NCBI RefSeq assembly: GCF_041248615.1
Contig: NZ_CP158426.1
DNA length: 64,000 nucleotides
Strand: one strand, 5' to 3'
From: Escherichia coli
GTDB taxonomy: Bacteria; Pseudomonadota; Gammaproteobacteria; Enterobacterales; Enterobacteriaceae
Shown: piece by piece, positions 61,553-64,000 of the stretch
How the letters are laid out: each line of letters starts with the position of its first letter
Numbering within the stretch: position 1 is the stretch's first letter
The notes under the pieces: model-generated
The model's database searches: none
What the model was told of the DNA's origin: nothing
The model's input: the letters and a program-made list of their open reading frames with translations, nothing else
Translations under genes and position numbers: made by a program

Positions 61553-63028
61553 TCATTTTTTGCTTTTTTGTACTTCCTTTTCGTATTTGTTCCACATAGC
61601 CTTTTGCTCTTCGGGACTGAGTGCTGTATTACCACTGGCAAGAAACACCTTGAACGCTTCTAACTCAAGCCCTGGGTTGCGGCTTTTCCAGCGGCGAAAA
61701 CGCTTAGCGTGATTATCATCAAGAGTGAAACGCTTTTGCTTATTCTTTGAACCTTGCGGCCTGCCTCTCGACCTCTGCTCATCATCAATACCGATATCTA
61801 TATACTCAATATTATCTGTAAGAGATCTGGCTTGCCATTCATCAAAAACATAAACAGTCTGTGTTTCAGTACTGTCAAAATCCCTTGAAATTCCTCGTAG
61901 TACGAACTGGTGTAAACTTTCGTACTCCCTCGCAACATGTATCGCCTCGCCGTCAATCTCAAAGAACAATTCGCACTGTTTAGCCTCTGTTTCAGAGGGA
62001 CGCATACAAGCGAGCCAGACGCACGTGAGCAAGTGTTGGTACTGGTTAAACCCTCTGGCATCCGGGCTTATCTCTGTGCCGTTTTTGAGGCTCTGAGAAT
62101 CGCTTTTGTTCTTCGTCCAGTAGAAATCCTGTCCCTCAAGTTTTTTATCAATAAATGAGTATATTTTTTGTACTTTATCAGGGTTATTAGTCTTCCATGT
62201 CTTCGATAGTTTTTGATTTTTTGAGAAGTAATAAACCTTTAATCTGTCTTTGAGAGCTGTTTTTCGTGTCAGTAATCCTCCAAGTTCAGTACTTTCAAAG
62301 AGTTCTTTATTGCCTTTATAGATCAATGAATTTTCGAAATTAGCTCCGAGAAAGGTGATTGATACGTCTTTGTACTTACTGAGATCTTTCCATGCGGTAA
62401 TATTAAGCTGTTCCTTTTTCGCATCGGTAAAGTACTCATTATTCATGATGAACATATCATTTTCGTTAATTGCTGGTAGCTGGTTCAAAATATTCTTCAG
62501 TACTTCCCCTTGTATTTCTGGTTTTCTTTCTGCCGCAATATACATATTTTTATCATCTAATGTCAGTACATTGTGTATTAATGAATTAAGAATTGTATTT
62601 TTTATATTAGTATCACCCTCATTAATATTCTGAAAAGAGTGAAAATTAGTAACGTCGTCAATATAAATATTACAGTCAGATAACAATTCAGGAGGAATTT
62701 TGAAAAACGTTTTATCTGTTATGAGTAATGTTTTATTACTTCCAGATGAAAGAAAGTTAATAACTGAATTAATAACACTTTCATCTTTTGGTACTGTATC
62801 TGTAATTATATACTCGCAATTATTGATTTGCTTTGCTGTCTGCTTAATAAGTTCTTGAGTGTTCTGTACTAAAATATATTTTTCAGTACTGTTATTGATT
62901 ATATTGCATATAGCAGTAGTTTTACCTGAACCACAAGGGGCGGAGACATACTTAAATTTATTATAAATAGGTGTGGGATTAATCATTTGTACACGCTCCA
63001 TATTGATTAATGTAGAAAGGTCAGCCAT
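61553..63028 (-). CDS. P-loop NTPase with C-terminal AT-hook (RGRP-GSKNK) DNA-binding tail, unknown family
   Basis: 491 aa; Walker A APCGSGKTT near the N-terminus, candidate Walker B NIYIDDV; C-terminal RSRGRPQGSKNKQKR matches the AT-hook consensus. Confidence 0.6.
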   Translation of the reverse strand: MADLSTLINMERVQMINPTPIYNKFKYVSAPCGSGKTTAICNIINNSTEKYILVQNTQELIKQTAKQINNCEYIITDTVPKDESVINSVINFLSSGSNKTLLITDKTFFKIPPELLSDCNIYIDDVTNFHSFQNINEGDTNIKNTILNSLIHNVLTLDDKNMYIAAERKPEIQGEVLKNILNQLPAINENDMFIMNNEYFTDAKKEQLNITAWKDLSKYKDVSITFLGANFENSLIYKGNKELFESTELGGLLTRKTALKDRLKVYYFSKNQKLSKTWKTNNPDKVQKIYSFIDKKLEGQDFYWTKNKSDSQSLKNGTEISPDARGFNQYQHLLTCVWLACMRPSETEAKQCELFFEIDGEAIHVAREYESLHQFVLRGISRDFDSTETQTVYVFDEWQARSLTDNIEYIDIGIDDEQRSRGRPQGSKNKQKRFTLDDNHAKRFRRWKSRNPGLELEAFKVFLASGNTALSPEEQKAMWNKYEKEVQKSKK

Positions 63029-63359
63029 TCCAGTGTCTGGCCTTTCGTTGTTTTAGTTATTAGTCTTTTTGAGTTGCGACAACTGCAAGAGAATGTTTAT
63101 AAACAAGTGAAATAAGCAGTTTTACCGCCTCAAAAGCTACAGTCAGTTTCGTAATTATTTTCGAAAGCATCGTAAATTTCACTTCGCTATCTTCTATGCA
63201 AAAATTAGCAGCCTGAGGTATTTAATGATTGAGATGTGGCCTGTTGATAAGAGGGTTTGTATTGCTTGTTCTGCTCTTTGTTAATTTGTGACTTATTCCT
63301 TTCACAATGATCGGCTATGTTTGATAACTCTGTTAGGAAATCACCTATGGCTACCATAT

Positions 63360-64000
63360 TGGATTTGCCCCTATATTTCCAGACACCTGTTATCACTTAA
63401 CCCATTACTGGCCTGCTGCCGCAGATATTCCCGTGGCGAGCGATAACCCAGTGCACTATGCGGATGCCATTCGTTATAATGCTCGAACGCCTCTGCAAGG
63501 TTCTTTGCTGCCGTTAACCCGTCTGGTTTAGGCATGATACTGATGTAGTCACGCTTTATCGTTTTCACGAAGCTCTCTGCTATGCCGTTACTCTCCGGAC
63601 TCCGCACCGCCGTGTTCTTCGGTTCAAGCCCCAATATCCGGGCAAACTGCCGTGTTTCATTAGCCCGGTAGCATGAACCATTATCCGTCAGCCACTCTAC
63701 TGGAGACGCCGGAAGCTCGTTGCCGAAGCGGCGTTCCACCGCTCCCAGCATGACGTCCTGTACTGTTTCACTGTCGAAGCCGCCCGTAGTGACTGCCCAG
63801 TGCAGTGCCTCACGGTCACAGCAGTCCAGCGCGAACGTGACTCGCAGTTTTTCTCCGTTATCACAGCGGAACTCGAACCCGTCAGAGCACCATCGTTGAT
63901 TGCTTTCTTTCACGGCCACTTTGCCAGTATGTGCCCGTTTCGATGGCGGTACAGCGGTTTTTCGCTCAAGCAACAGCGCATTCTGGCGCATGATCCGGTA
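63360..64000 (-). mobile_element. IS2 (IS3 family), partial; right terminal inverted repeat at about 63360, element runs past the window end
   Basis: terminus TGGATTTGCCCCTATATTTCCAGACA matches the recalled IS2 end; encoded protein matches the recalled IS2 InsD (OrfB) C-terminus. Confidence 0.85.
63371..64000 (-). CDS. insD: IS2 transposase OrfB (InsD), 3' portion; 5' end beyond the window
   Basis: translation ...[39 protein letters not shown]...[19 protein letters not shown] matches recalled InsD (DDE integrase core). Confidence 0.85.
   Translation of the reverse strand, partial: YRIMRQNALLLERKTAVPPSKRAHTGKVAVKESNQRWCSDGFEFRCDNGEKLRVTFALDCCDREALHWAVTTGGFDSETVQDVMLGAVERRFGNELPASPVEWLTDNGSCYRANETRQFARILGLEPKNTAVRSPESNGIAESFVKTIKRDYISIMPKPDGLTAAKNLAEAFEHYNEWHPHSALGYRSPREYLRQQASNGLSDNRCLEI

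Overview
This window reads as an Escherichia coli-type chromosomal segment, matching from memory (no database search was run) the K-12 yohK to rcnR/thiM region in reverse-complement orientation. Core genes: yohK, yohJ, dusC, yohP, mdtQ, yohF, yohD, yohC, pbpG, dld, bglX, osmF-yehYXW, yohO, mlrA, btsSR, yehS, yehR, yehQPML, yehK, yehI, molR(yehH), metG, apbC(mrp), yehE, the yehDCBA chaperone-usher fimbrial operon, rcnB, rcnA and rcnR. Three regions stand out. (1) 1356-7415: an mhbRTDHIM-type 3-hydroxybenzoate/gentisate catabolic cluster sits between yohJ and dusC, which are adjacent in K-12. (2) 26.6-41.5 kb: a 15-kb same-strand block of large uncharacterized genes: a translationally coupled MoxR-type AAA+ / unknown 759-aa protein / vWA (MIDAS) / double SWIM zinc-finger operon (yehLMPQ), plus two tandem ~1200-aa paralogs (yehI, molR), one with an N-terminal WGR domain; the intergenic gap also holds an unannotated 29-codon hydrophobic ORF with a sequestered ribosome-binding site. 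(3) 52.6-64.0 kb: a mobile island inserted directly after the thiM TPP-riboswitch aptamer. It carries a tyrosine integrase, a nuclease-like protein plus SF2 helicase pair resembling a Hachiman-type defence module, a serine recombinase with a res-like site, an uncharacterized trio (secreted protein, 3-TM membrane protein, P-loop NTPase with a eukaryote-like AT-hook) around a ~1-kb ORF-free AT-rich repeat region, and a partial IS2 running off the window end. The island, and especially the uncharacterized trio with its non-coding region, is the best candidate for an undescribed system; the yehLMPQ/yehI/molR block is the second. No CRISPR arrays, rRNA or convincing tRNA genes were found. True starts were set by codon offset within the supplied ORFs; small-feature coordinates counted by hand may be off by a base or two.
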